Of a stretch of DNA of 64,000 nucleotides, positions 10,420 through 19,802 are shown in pieces; position 1 is the stretch's first letter, and each line of letters starts with the position of its first letter. The DNA is taken from positions 4,835 to 68,834 of the forward strand of contig NZ_JAGXGF010000230.1 of NCBI RefSeq assembly GCF_024636815.1, written 5' to 3'. The position numbers were made by a program, and so were the translations under genes. Source of the stretch: Marivirga sp. (GTDB lineage: Bacteria > Bacteroidota > Bacteroidia > Cytophagales > Cyclobacteriaceae). The notes under the pieces were generated by a model. That model searched no databases and had not been told where the DNA came from. It saw only the letters and a list, made by a program, of their open reading frames with translations.

Positions 10420-11631
10420 TTATATTATTCCTAAAGCAGTGAATATGCTTTTTAAGCCTAATAGTAAAGTTACAATAATTACCACAACGCCAATTATATT
10501 AATGAGTTTTGAATTTGCATGATTTCCCATAAGTTCTTTATCATTCACAATCCATAAAAGATAGACCGCTAAAATGGGTAATAGCAGTCCATTGGCAACT
10601 TGTGCAAAAAGGATTAGTGCTGTTGGTCGAAAACCCAGCGAAGCAACAATAATTCCAGTTAACAGCACAAAAGCCCAAACCATTTTGAACTTTATATTTT
10701 TCAAACCACCTTTCCAATCCAATATTTCCGAGGTCGCAAAAGCTGCGGCCAAAGGAGCAGTTATGCTGGACGAAAAGCCAGCGGCTAAAAATCCAAATGC
10801 AATAAAATGAGTTGACCAATCGCCTAAAATGGGTTTTAGTTGCTCTCCCAAGGCCCCGATACCATCTATTTCCTGAGGATTTCCCTCAAAAGCAACAGCA
10901 GCAGTTATCATTATAGCCATGGTAATTAATCCCCCTAAACTTACTGATAAAATAGTATCCAGTCTTGAGAGTTTTAGTGAATCACCAGTTTTCCATTTCG
11001 TTTTACTAGCCGAAGCATGAAGGAATAAATTATAAGGGACTACCGTGGTTCCAATTAATCCAACTACCATTAAACCTGCCTTTTCAGGGATAACTGGTAT
11101 AAAAAGTCCTTTTAAGATTTCAACTATTGAAGGATGTAAAAGTATGGCTGCAAAAATAAAAACCACCCCCATTACACTTACCAATAATACCAGAAAGCGT
11201 TCGATGTATTTGTATTTGCCAAGATATAATAAAATAAAAGCAGTGATTCCAATAAAGATGAGCAATAAATTAATACCAAATACTTCCGGAAAATTTTCAA
11301 AACCTAATACGGCCCCTGCCAGATTCCCTGATTCATAAGCAGCATTCCCGATGACTATTGCGCTAATAACCAGGCCAAAACTTAAGTACTTTAAAAATTT
11401 ATTAGTGGATTTTTTACGAATTGCTTCTCCTAAGCCCATTTTCGCCTGAGTTCCTAAACGAGCAGTCATTTCTTGCAAAATTATGGTTGCGAAAATGGAG
11501 AAAAGCATGGCCCAAAGTAGGGTGTATCCATATCCTGCTCCAGCCATACTAGCTGTAGTCACGGTACCCGGTCCGATAAAAGCCGCAGCCACTATCATTC
11601 CCGGACCCAATTGCTTTAATTTTTTAAGCAT
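10420..11631 (-). CDS. NRAMP-superfamily transporter (YcsG-like)
   Basis: GPGMIVAAAFIGPGTVTT, GTTVVPYNLFLH, about 11 TM; first gene of the pxp operon. Confidence 0.85.
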   Translation of the reverse strand: MLKKLKQLGPGMIVAAAFIGPGTVTTASMAGAGYGYTLLWAMLFSIFATIILQEMTARLGTQAKMGLGEAIRKKSTNKFLKYLSFGLVISAIVIGNAAYESGNLAGAVLGFENFPEVFGINLLLIFIGITAFILLYLGKYKYIERFLVLLVSVMGVVFIFAAILLHPSIVEILKGLFIPVIPEKAGLMVVGLIGTTVVPYNLFLHASASKTKWKTGDSLKLSRLDTILSVSLGGLITMAIMITAAVAFEGNPQEIDGIGALGEQLKPILGDWSTHFIAFGFLAAGFSSSITAPLAAAFATSEILDWKGGLKNIKFKMVWAFVLLTGIIVASLGFRPTALILFAQVANGLLLPILAVYLLWIVNDKELMGNHANSKLINIIGVVVIIVTLLLGLKSIFTALGII

Positions 11632-11707
11632 TCACTTTTTTCCAAAAGTTAAGGAAATTATTGGAAATGGATATTGCTATATGGATAACTTGATAACCTA
11701 CTAAATT

Positions 11708-11950
11708 TTATAAAGATTTCTCTTTAAGCTTTTCAGAAATGAAAACTTTGATAACGCTTTGTCTAGTGACTCCTAATCTTTTAGAAACCTTATCAAGTTC
11801 TAATACCATCCATTCAGGAAAATCAATACTTACTCTTTTAGGCTTATTTGCGGGTTTTATTACATTTTCTAAATCTAAAAATTCAGAAATATCCTCTCCA
11901 TTATCAAACTTTGAGTCAAATTCAGATGCTTTTATAGATGTCTTTTTCAA
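11708..11950 (-). CDS. BrnA/CopG-family antitoxin (start codon uncertain)
   Basis: KASEFDSKFDNGEDI...KRVSIDFPEWM..ELDK...RLGVTRQSVIK ribbon-helix-helix pattern; in-frame TTG at 11950, ATA at 11935 where ATG is expected. Confidence 0.75.
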   Translation of the reverse strand: MKKTSIKASEFDSKFDNGEDISEFLDLENVIKPANKPKRVSIDFPEWMVLELDKVSKRLGVTRQSVIKVFISEKLKEKSL

Positions 11951-12159
11951 TTTTTCTGACTGAAATAATTCTAATATTATCATTTCTTATAGTGAAAATT
12001 GCAGACCAAAAAACGTTATTAATTTTCCCTATTAGTAAATATCGACTTTCATCAATGTTTTTTGCAGTAATAATTACCCTCGAAGAATCATTCCATAATT
12101 TTTTAGCCTCATTAAAATCAATTCCATGTTTTGATTTATTTGAATTACTTTTTTCAGGA
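11922..12159 (-). pseudogene. brnT: BrnT-family toxin, N-terminally truncated
   Basis: KSNSNKSKHGIDFNEA..LW, RYLLIG, IRIISVR; the usual M-x-F-E-x-D start is absent and the sequence runs straight into the upstream gene's stop. Confidence 0.7.
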
Positions 12160-12726
12160 GGCTTCATCAAAAATACTACTATCATCAGCAAATTTTTCAA
12201 TAAGATCTAAATCCAATCTATCAGTTAATGATTTTGAATAATGTAGTTTCTTTAGCCTTAGTCCTTTATCAACCAAAAATTCAGCCGGAATTGTATTTAA
12301 AGATTCTTGAGCTTCAGGCATATTCATTGGAACTCCTTTGAACTTTGCTTTAATAGCTGTTTGAATAAAGCTGGTAATATGGCTTTTTGTAGATATAGAT
12401 TTGGATTCCTCTAAACCATACTTACCATAAATTTCTTTTTCAGGGTCAGATATCAATGGGATAGGAGATACCTCTTTATGGAATGAACTTCTCAATAATA
12501 CGCTTTCTTTAGATTCAAAAAAGAAAATCATTTCCAACCCTTTAGCTTTCAGTTTTTCGTGCACTTTTGTTAACGCATGTACCCTAAGATTACAAAATGG
12601 GCAACCTGCATGTCTAAAAAAGCCAATTAACAATTTTTTGTCTTTATAATCCTCAAGATTGATTTGTCTTCCAAAAATATCTTTTAAATCGAATAAGGGC
12701 GCTAGAGCCGAACGCTGTAAACTCAT
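12154..12726 (-). CDS. AhpC/TSA family peroxiredoxin-like redoxin
   Basis: FFRHAGCPFCNLR (CxxC), PLISDPEKEIY, PAEFLVD. Confidence 0.85.
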   Translation of the reverse strand: MSLQRSALAPLFDLKDIFGRQINLEDYKDKKLLIGFFRHAGCPFCNLRVHALTKVHEKLKAKGLEMIFFFESKESVLLRSSFHKEVSPIPLISDPEKEIYGKYGLEESKSISTKSHITSFIQTAIKAKFKGVPMNMPEAQESLNTIPAEFLVDKGLRLKKLHYSKSLTDRLDLDLIEKFADDSSIFDEAS

Positions 12727-13193
12727 AAAGTATATTATTTAAATTTTTTCTACACAATAACGGTCTAAATTATAAAAAAGGTTTGATAAAATGATGAAAT
12801 TGTCATGAATTTGACAATAAGAATTAAGTTTGAATTTTAAATTATGTTTAGATAATTTGGGATATGCTAAGATGAATAAGAGCTACAGTTAATTCTTCCA
12901 TAGGATTATACTTTGAATCCTAATCTTTCACCAGTAATAAAGGGACTATTGAGAATATACTTACACTCAATAATTGACTAAATTATTTACTTTTTCTGTG
13001 GCTTTTCAGGATTAAAGATAAAAATATTCGCAACTAAAATCTTTGTTCATACCTATCATAATTATTGTTCTGTTACGAATATTTCACTGTTTTATCCAAG
13101 TCTAAATTAATTCATAAAACTTTGATTATCATCATTTAAAACTTTATTAGCAGTACTTATATATGAACCTTTTAACAAAAAAAACTAGATACC

Positions 13194-13755
13194 ATGAAAA
13201 ATTTAATAAGGGATTTTAATAGTAACAAATCTTAATGCACAATCGATTTATTCTGAATTAAGAGATGGTCTGATTGATAAAAATTATGAATCTTTTAGTC
13301 TTTTAGATCCCACAAAAGAAGCTGACCCAAATACAAAAGAAGCTTTAATAATTAGTGATGAATATATGGCGAGCATAACCGCCTATGCTGTTCCTGTTTT
13401 CCCTTCGATGGAAGTTAAAAAACAAGTTGAGCATGCTATAAAGCATGAGTTAATAACTGAAGATTACAAACATATCAAATCTGGAGGAGAGATGCTGGTT
13501 TCTTATTTAATTTTTGGTAAAGATGGCCAATTACAGGGCGATTTTACTGAAAATGAATATGGAATAGATAAAGATGTGGATGAAGTTAAGAAAGGCACTC
13601 TTTTAATTTCTATAATCGATAAAGAAAGTGGATCTACAGTATGGTCCGGTTTTAGTGATGGTGCTTTTGGCGGAGATGCCCCAATGGATGATAATCAAAT
13701 CGTTAAAACAGTATCTAATATTCTTGATTGGATGAGAACTGAAGATAATTACTAG
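13194..13755 (+). pseudogene. DUF4136-like secreted protein, frameshifted in its signal peptide
   Basis: GTLLISIIDKESGSTVWSG resembles DUF4136; frame open from 13210 (GILIVTNLNAQ) but ATG 13194 (MKNLI) is out of frame. Confidence 0.65.
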
Positions 13756-13777
13756 TATTAATTATTAACTTATTATG

Positions 13778-13809
13778 AAAGAGGCTTACCTAACAGTAAG
13801 CCTTTTTTT
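13778..13809 (+). terminator. intrinsic terminator
   Basis: AAAGAGGCTTAC-CTAACA-GTAAGCCTTTTTTT. Confidence 0.8.
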
Positions 13810-13854
13810 GATGTATAAGTTTTGAAAATCGTAATTGATTCAATAAATCTTCCT

Positions 13855-13862
13855 TACCTTTG
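13855..13862 (+). promoter_or_regulatory. -7 promoter element for mnmA
   Basis: TACCTTTG (TAnnTTTG) followed by CA. Confidence 0.65.
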
Positions 13863-13946
13863 CACTTTATACCAATAAAAGTTGTTGGTAATTAGAAATA
13901 AATGTATCACCAAAGCAGGACTGTGAATCCTGTGAAAACGTGAATT

Positions 13947-15083
13947 ATGAGCAAAAAAGGAAGAGTATTAGTAGCCATGAGCGGTGGAATAGACAGCTCA
14001 TTGGCAGCCGTTCTATTACATGAACAAGGCTACGAAGTCATAGGAATGACCATGAAAACATGGGATTATGCCTCCTCAGGCAGTTCCAAAAAGGAAACAG
14101 GCTGTTGCAGCTTGGATTCCATCAATGATGCCCGAAATTTAGCAGTGAATCTGGGCTTTCCACATTACATTTTAGATATCAGGGAAGAATTTGGCGATTA
14201 TGTGATCGATCATTTTACGGATGAATATTTGGCAGGAAGAACGCCTAATCCATGTGTACTGTGTAATACGCATATTAAATGGGATTCATTATTGCGCAGA
14301 GCTGATAAACTAGGTTGTGATTATATTGCTACTGGCCATTATGCTAAAGTGAGAGAAGAGAACGGTAGATATATCATCTCCAGGGGAAAGGATTTGAATA
14401 AAGATCAATCTTATGCGCTTTGGGGTGTTTCTCAAGAAAGTTTAAGTCGTACCATTTTACCTTTAGGTGATTTAACAAAACCTGAAATACGTAAAATGGC
14501 TGAAGATAAAGGTTTCTATGAATTGGTCAATAAATCTGAATCTTACGAAATCTGCTTTGTACCTGATAATGATTATAGAGGGTTCTTGAAAAGAAGAGTC
14601 GAAGGTTTAGAAGAAAAAGTTAAAGGAGGAGAATTCGTTTTGGAAGATGGCACTGTGGTCGGAACTCATGAAGGTTATCCTTTCTATACTGTTGGACAAA
14701 GAAAAGGTCTGGGGATTGCTTTGGGCTATCCAGTTTACGTAACTGAAATTCAGAAGGATAAAAACAGAGTAGTTTTAGGTACTTTTGATGAACTTTCCAG
14801 AGATGGTATGTATGTCAAAAATTTGGTCATGAGTAAATATACGTCTTTAGAAGACCGATTAGATACTGTAACCAAAGTTCGATATAATGATGATGGCGCT
14901 CCAGCTGTAATCGAGCAAGTAGGAGATACTATGAAAGTATTTTTTGGAAATGGTATTCCTGCAATTGCACCAGGTCAAGCGGCAGTCTTCTATGAAGGGG
15001 ATGATGTAGTTGGCGGTGGCTGGATACATTCATCTTTCAATCAACAAAAATTAAAAAATGAGGCTTTATCTACTTCTGTTTAG
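13947..15083 (+). CDS. mnmA: tRNA 2-thiouridine(34) synthase
   Basis: AMSGGIDSS PP-loop, TPNPCVLCN, ATGHYA, KDQSY, ESYEICF, APGQAAVFY. Confidence 0.97.
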   Translation: MSKKGRVLVAMSGGIDSSLAAVLLHEQGYEVIGMTMKTWDYASSGSSKKETGCCSLDSINDARNLAVNLGFPHYILDIREEFGDYVIDHFTDEYLAGRTPNPCVLCNTHIKWDSLLRRADKLGCDYIATGHYAKVREENGRYIISRGKDLNKDQSYALWGVSQESLSRTILPLGDLTKPEIRKMAEDKGFYELVNKSESYEICFVPDNDYRGFLKRRVEGLEEKVKGGEFVLEDGTVVGTHEGYPFYTVGQRKGLGIALGYPVYVTEIQKDKNRVVLGTFDELSRDGMYVKNLVMSKYTSLEDRLDTVTKVRYNDDGAPAVIEQVGDTMKVFFGNGIPAIAPGQAAVFYEGDDVVGGGWIHSSFNQQKLKNEALSTSV

Positions 15084-15732
15084 TCTCTTAATATTTATCA
15101 CAGCTTGTGATAATTCATCTGTAGCTCCAAATCAAGAAATTCTGGGGCTACAGTTTTTTCCTATTGATTTTAAAAATATCGATAATTATGTAGTTGAAGA
15201 AATCAATTACAATAATGACGGTACCATAGATACCAGTCGCTATTTCCTTCAAGATGAATGGACTGATTCTTTGGCTATTGATAATGGAGTAAAATTAGAA
15301 GGTTATCGCTATAGAATTAACCAAAACGATCAAAAGGAAGTAGTCTCAACTATAGTCAAAACGCGCACTTCTAATTTAGCGATATTGAAATTAGGCAATT
15401 CAGAAGAAATAAAATTAAGTTTCCCTATTGCAGAAGGTAAAAGCTGGAATGGGCATCCTCAAGAATTTGAGGAAGATGAATTTAGAATTTTCAAAGCCTT
15501 TCAATCCTATGAATTAGGAGATTCTACCTTTGAAAACACAGTTCAGGTAATTCAAGAAGATAATCAGGATTCCATTTCTAATTTTGATCAGAGAATTGAG
15601 GTTTATGCTGCTAATACTGGCTTAATCTCTAGAGTTTCATCTCAATTAGAATTTTGCCGTGACACAGAATGCCTGGGGCTTCAGGAAATAGAATTTGGAA
15701 AAACTGTCAGGATGAAACGGGTTTTTGAGTAA
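15058..15732 (+). CDS. hypothetical lipoprotein
   Basis: Lipobox LIFITA-C, 224 aa, overlaps the mnmA end. Confidence 0.75.
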   Translation: MRLYLLLFSLLIFITACDNSSVAPNQEILGLQFFPIDFKNIDNYVVEEINYNNDGTIDTSRYFLQDEWTDSLAIDNGVKLEGYRYRINQNDQKEVVSTIVKTRTSNLAILKLGNSEEIKLSFPIAEGKSWNGHPQEFEEDEFRIFKAFQSYELGDSTFENTVQVIQEDNQDSISNFDQRIEVYAANTGLISRVSSQLEFCRDTECLGLQEIEFGKTVRMKRVFE

Positions 15733-15755
15733 GCAGACATTAAATTTATTATTAG

Positions 15756-16985
15756 CTAGTTTTTCAAAGGATTCATCACTTTCCCTATAAATATTAAAGT
15801 ATTTGTAGTGCGCTCACGTATAGCAAATACAAAGGGTCGATTAACATTGAAACTAGGCGGTAAACCACTTGTTAGGGAAATACCTACTGTTGTAACAGCT
15901 GCAGCCTCTGTGCCTTCTTCATTTACTTCTACAAAAGTATTTTGCTTGACAAAGGACACATAAATATTGGCATCAGCAATACCAGACAAATCAGCATCAA
16001 AAGGGGAAAAGGCGTCAATCATGCCCATGCTCTGCAGTTGGCCATTAAGATATTTCTCATTGGAAAATTTAAATTTAGGCATCAAAACATCAAATTCAGA
16101 CCACTCATTTTGTTCATCTAAAGATGTAGTAATTTCATTCCAAGCTGATTCATCCAAATTACTTACAAATTCGTTTGTGCTGTCATTAGGAATCATGACT
16201 ACCATACTGAAATTGGTTCTACCATAAGGCATTTCAATAATGGCTGACCCATTGTGATGAGTTCTTTTTGAACCAATTGCTCCCTTCATCATATCAACCT
16301 GAATTTGATTTCCATCTTCCAGAAAAAAGGTGGATGGAGCGGTTTTATTTTTATCAAATTGATAGGTCCAATCGCCTTTAAAATACAATGCATTCATCAA
16401 AAACATGACCGCATCACTACTAATTCCTTCTAAAACCTTAGGGATTTTTCCATTCGTATTGTCACTAGCCCATTGATTGATGGTGTTAAGAGCCGCAGGT
16501 TCATTGAAATCCAAAGCCTGAACATTGGCCTTAAAGTCTTGAGTTAGGATATCTTTATAGGATTGCTTCACATTAAACTGCTCACGGTAAAAGACAGCAT
16601 TTGCTAATGACATTTTTACCTGAGGGTCAGCTTCTAATAGCTGTTTGACTAACATCATATAGGTTTCATTGATGTTTTGGATATCCATACCTTCAGGATA
16701 AGCAAGTGTGTTTTTGAGTTGATTGTAGGTTTCACCTTCACAGCCATTGAGTAACATAGTGAGGACTGCTGATGCACTGAGAGGTGACAGCATTAGATTG
16801 TCATCTGTTCCTTCAGAAACTTTACCAAAAAGTGCTAAACCAAATGAATTGTTACTTTTAATAACTTCTGGTGCCTGAGGACTAAGATTAAAGGTGGTTG
16901 GATTGAGGTCTAGGCTAATTTCGTCTTGGGAGCATGATTGCAAAGAAAACCCTATTGCAATTACATAATAAATTAGCTTTTTCAT
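15756..16985 (-). CDS. serpin, lipoprotein
   Basis: LQS-C lipobox, NALYFKGDW, EVNEEGTEAAAVT hinge, FNVNRPFVFAI. Confidence 0.95.
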   Translation of the reverse strand: MKKLIYYVIAIGFSLQSCSQDEISLDLNPTTFNLSPQAPEVIKSNNSFGLALFGKVSEGTDDNLMLSPLSASAVLTMLLNGCEGETYNQLKNTLAYPEGMDIQNINETYMMLVKQLLEADPQVKMSLANAVFYREQFNVKQSYKDILTQDFKANVQALDFNEPAALNTINQWASDNTNGKIPKVLEGISSDAVMFLMNALYFKGDWTYQFDKNKTAPSTFFLEDGNQIQVDMMKGAIGSKRTHHNGSAIIEMPYGRTNFSMVVMIPNDSTNEFVSNLDESAWNEITTSLDEQNEWSEFDVLMPKFKFSNEKYLNGQLQSMGMIDAFSPFDADLSGIADANIYVSFVKQNTFVEVNEEGTEAAAVTTVGISLTSGLPPSFNVNRPFVFAIRERTTNTLIFIGKVMNPLKN

Positions 16986-17136
16986 AAAATGATTTTTTTA
17001 TTTTTCAAATTAACGATTTTTTGTTAAATATATTTTTCAGATCTGATTACACTGACTTAATATTTATTACTAATCAAATGGTAAGCTGTCAACCTTCATA
17101 CTTCCTTTTTCAAAAAAACAAACTTAACTTGCAGGC

Positions 17137-17952
17137 ATGTTAGCATTAGGAAAATGGAATACCTTAAAAGTAGTCAGAGAATCACCTCAGGGACTATATC
17201 TCAGCGATGGGGAAGAAGATGTATTATTACCCAATAAATACGTCCCACAGAATAAGAAAATTGAAGACGAGATAGATGTTTTTATCTATAAAGATTCAGC
17301 TCAGCGTCCTATAGCAACTACTCTAAAGCCTTTGGCTGAACTGCATCAAGCGAGATTGTTTGAAGTCATGCAAATAACGGAGGTGGGTGCTTTTGTGGAT
17401 TGGGGATTAGAAAAAGAGCTTTTAATACCATTTTCAGAGCAAACAGATGAATTAGAGGTAGGCGATTTAATTGTGGCTTATGTCACTTTAGACCCCAAAA
17501 CCGAAAGAATAGTAGCTTCCATGCATATTGAATCCTTTTTGGAAACGGGTTCAGGAGATTTGAAAGAAGGACAAGAAGTAGATTTGTTGATTTATAGAAT
17601 CACAGATTTAGGTTATGAGGTAGTCATCAATCAGCAATATAAAGGCTTAGTATACGAAAACACTGTTTTTGATCCACTAGACATCGGAATGGAAGGCAAG
17701 GGAAAGATAAAGTCCATTCGAGCTGATGGCAAAATGGATGTGCAGTGGAAAATTGAAAAGGAAGAAAAGCAAAAGGAAATACTAGAGTTACTAAGAGACC
17801 ATAATGGTTTTATGCCTTATCATGATAAATCGAAACCAGATGAAATTTATGATGTGTTTGGACTAAGCAAAAAGGAATTCAAAAGACAAATCGGGCATCT
17901 TTATAAAGAAAAGAAAATCCAGATTAAGGAGGATGGGATTTATTTGGTTTAA
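17137..17952 (+). CDS. cvfB: CvfB family S1 RNA-binding protein
   Basis: GAFVDWGLEKELLIP and C-terminal FGLSKKEFKRQIGHLYK winged helix. Confidence 0.88.
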   Translation: MLALGKWNTLKVVRESPQGLYLSDGEEDVLLPNKYVPQNKKIEDEIDVFIYKDSAQRPIATTLKPLAELHQARLFEVMQITEVGAFVDWGLEKELLIPFSEQTDELEVGDLIVAYVTLDPKTERIVASMHIESFLETGSGDLKEGQEVDLLIYRITDLGYEVVINQQYKGLVYENTVFDPLDIGMEGKGKIKSIRADGKMDVQWKIEKEEKQKEILELLRDHNGFMPYHDKSKPDEIYDVFGLSKKEFKRQIGHLYKEKKIQIKEDGIYLV

Positions 17953-17966
17953 TTGGTTTCATAATC

Positions 17967-18449
17967 ATGAGCAATGAATTATATCAAATCTGGAAAGAAA
18001 ACAGCAAGGATTATGTTACTCAAAACAAAGTTTTTTACCAGAAATTGCGCAAGAAGAAAAAGCTGGATGATGAATTTCATGATTTAGACGCAAAGGTTTT
18101 CGAGAAAATGGATTGCCTGGATTGTGCGAATTGCTGCAAAACAACTAGCCCAATTTTTCAGCAATCTGATATAGAAAGGGTTTCCAAAGCCTTGAAAATG
18201 AAAGTGCCTGAATTTATAGAAACCTATCTTCATTTAGATGAAGACAAAGATTATGTTTTGAATTCAGCGCCTTGTCCGTTTTTAGGCTATGATAATAAAT
18301 GCATAGTCTATAAAAACAGACCCACAGCCTGCAGAGAATACCCGCATACCAATCGAAAAAGAATGCATCAGATCCTAAAGAAGACTTTTAAGAATGCTGA
18401 GGTATGTCCTGCGGTGTATCATATTTTGGAGGAGATGAAAGCCCCTTAA
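17967..18449 (+). CDS. YkgJ family cysteine-cluster protein
   Basis: CLDCANCC, PCPFL, CIVY..RP.ACREYP. Confidence 0.88.
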   Translation: MSNELYQIWKENSKDYVTQNKVFYQKLRKKKKLDDEFHDLDAKVFEKMDCLDCANCCKTTSPIFQQSDIERVSKALKMKVPEFIETYLHLDEDKDYVLNSAPCPFLGYDNKCIVYKNRPTACREYPHTNRKRMHQILKKTFKNAEVCPAVYHILEEMKAP

Positions 18450-18463
18450 TCTCCAAAGGGGAA
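18441..18463 (+). repeat. REP-like repeat (family C)
   Basis: GCCCCTTAATCTCCAAAGGGGAA, similar to the copies at 47205 and 50135. Confidence 0.7.
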
Positions 18464-18526
18464 ATTAGGTTAGCATCACCAAAGGAAAGTTGGTATTCTA
18501 AAGTTTGATTAAGGAATTCCTAAATC

Positions 18527-18554
18527 TCGATACTCAATACTAGTTACTTGATAC
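18527..18554. repeat. degenerate heptamer array TnnnTAC x4
   Basis: TCGATAC TCAATAC TAGTTAC TTGATAC; same pattern at 38280. Confidence 0.65.
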
Positions 18555-18596
18555 TCCCGCAAGGAAAGTTTATATTCGCACCATTACATTAATTTT

Positions 18597-19619
18597 ATGG
18601 CAAAAGCAGCAGAGCAAATACTGGCAGACCTTGAAAAAGGCAATTATGCACCCGTTTATTTCCTACATGGAGAGGAGCCTTATTTTATAGATTTAATCAG
18701 TAACTATATAGAAAAGAACGCTTTAGACGAAAGTGAAAAAGGGTTTAACCAGCAAGTTTTATACGGGAAAGATGTAAAGCTTGATCAAGTGGTTTCTGCT
18801 TCTCGCTCTTTTCCTATGATGGGACAAAGACAAGTCATTATTGTTAAAGAAGCTCAAAATCTTGGAGAATTTACGGAAAGTGATTTTGACTTTTCAATGT
18901 TCGAAAACTATCTAAAAAGTCCACAGCCCTCAACGGTATTGGTTTTTTGCTATAAGCACAAAAAGCTTGATAAGCGTAAGAAAATTGTTAAAACGCTCGA
19001 ACAGTTTACTATTTTATTGGAATCCAATAAGATATATGAAAATAAGGTGCCCGATTGGATTCAAAATTATGTGAAGTCAAAAGGTCATACCATCAATAGA
19101 CAAGCATTATTGTTGCTCACAGAATATATTGGAAATAACCTGGAAAGACTTTCCAATGAGATTGATAAAGTTTTAGTGAATTTTTCTGATCCTGTTGAAA
19201 TCAATGAAGGCTTGGTTCAGGAGTATGTAGGCATCAACAAGGATTTCAATATTTTTGAATTACAGAATGCTATCATTAAAGGTGATGCTTTGCGAGCAAA
19301 TAGAATCATCAACTATTTTGCTTCAGACCCTAAAAACCATCCAGCTGTGGTGAATATTGCTTTTCTTCATGCTTTTTTCACTAAGGTTTTGCTCATTCAT
19401 CATTCTCCCGACAAAAGTGAAAGAGGAGTGGCTTCGGCAGCTGGTGTAAATCCATTTTTCGCTAAAGATTATTTGGCTGCTAGCAGAAGATTCAATTTGA
19501 ATAAAACCATTCAGAATCTAGCCTATATCTTTCAGGCTGATTTAATGTTCAAGGGAGTTACAGCGAATATTACCGAGGCACAATTAATGAAAGAATTGGT
19601 ATACAAATTGATGCACTGA
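18597..19619 (+). CDS. holA: DNA polymerase III delta subunit
   Basis: PVYFLHGEEPYFID, FNQQVLYGKD, PMMGQRQVIIVKEAQ, GINKDFNIFEL. Confidence 0.93.
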   Translation: MAKAAEQILADLEKGNYAPVYFLHGEEPYFIDLISNYIEKNALDESEKGFNQQVLYGKDVKLDQVVSASRSFPMMGQRQVIIVKEAQNLGEFTESDFDFSMFENYLKSPQPSTVLVFCYKHKKLDKRKKIVKTLEQFTILLESNKIYENKVPDWIQNYVKSKGHTINRQALLLLTEYIGNNLERLSNEIDKVLVNFSDPVEINEGLVQEYVGINKDFNIFELQNAIIKGDALRANRIINYFASDPKNHPAVVNIAFLHAFFTKVLLIHHSPDKSERGVASAAGVNPFFAKDYLAASRRFNLNKTIQNLAYIFQADLMFKGVTANITEAQLMKELVYKLMH

Positions 19620-19681
19620 AAAAATAAATGATTAATTATTCAGTTATTTAGTTGAAATGACGTTAAACAAAATAGAAATTT

Positions 19682-19763
19682 AAACCTGTCAGGGTTTCTT
19701 TTTGATATGGTATCATAATTCAAATATTTGGTAATAGTAGCCAGTTCTAAACCTGACAGGTTT
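19682..19763. repeat. inverted REP-like pair (family D)
   Basis: AAACCTGTCAGGGTTT (19682) and AAACCTGACAGGTTT (19749), each palindromic and inverted relative to each other. Confidence 0.7.
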
Positions 19764-19802
19764 ATCAGTTTAAATTAATGTATCAGACTTATCACCATCA
19801 GA

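Noticed and set aside
12727-13193. Long AT-rich intergenic region as hidden gene or ncRNA
   Set aside because: No ORF of 60 aa or more and no convincing stem; most simply divergent promoters
13941-13943. In-frame TGA before mnmA as selenocysteine or readthrough
   Set aside because: MnmA is complete from ATG 13947 and the hairpin lies upstream of the TGA, not downstream as a bacterial SECIS would
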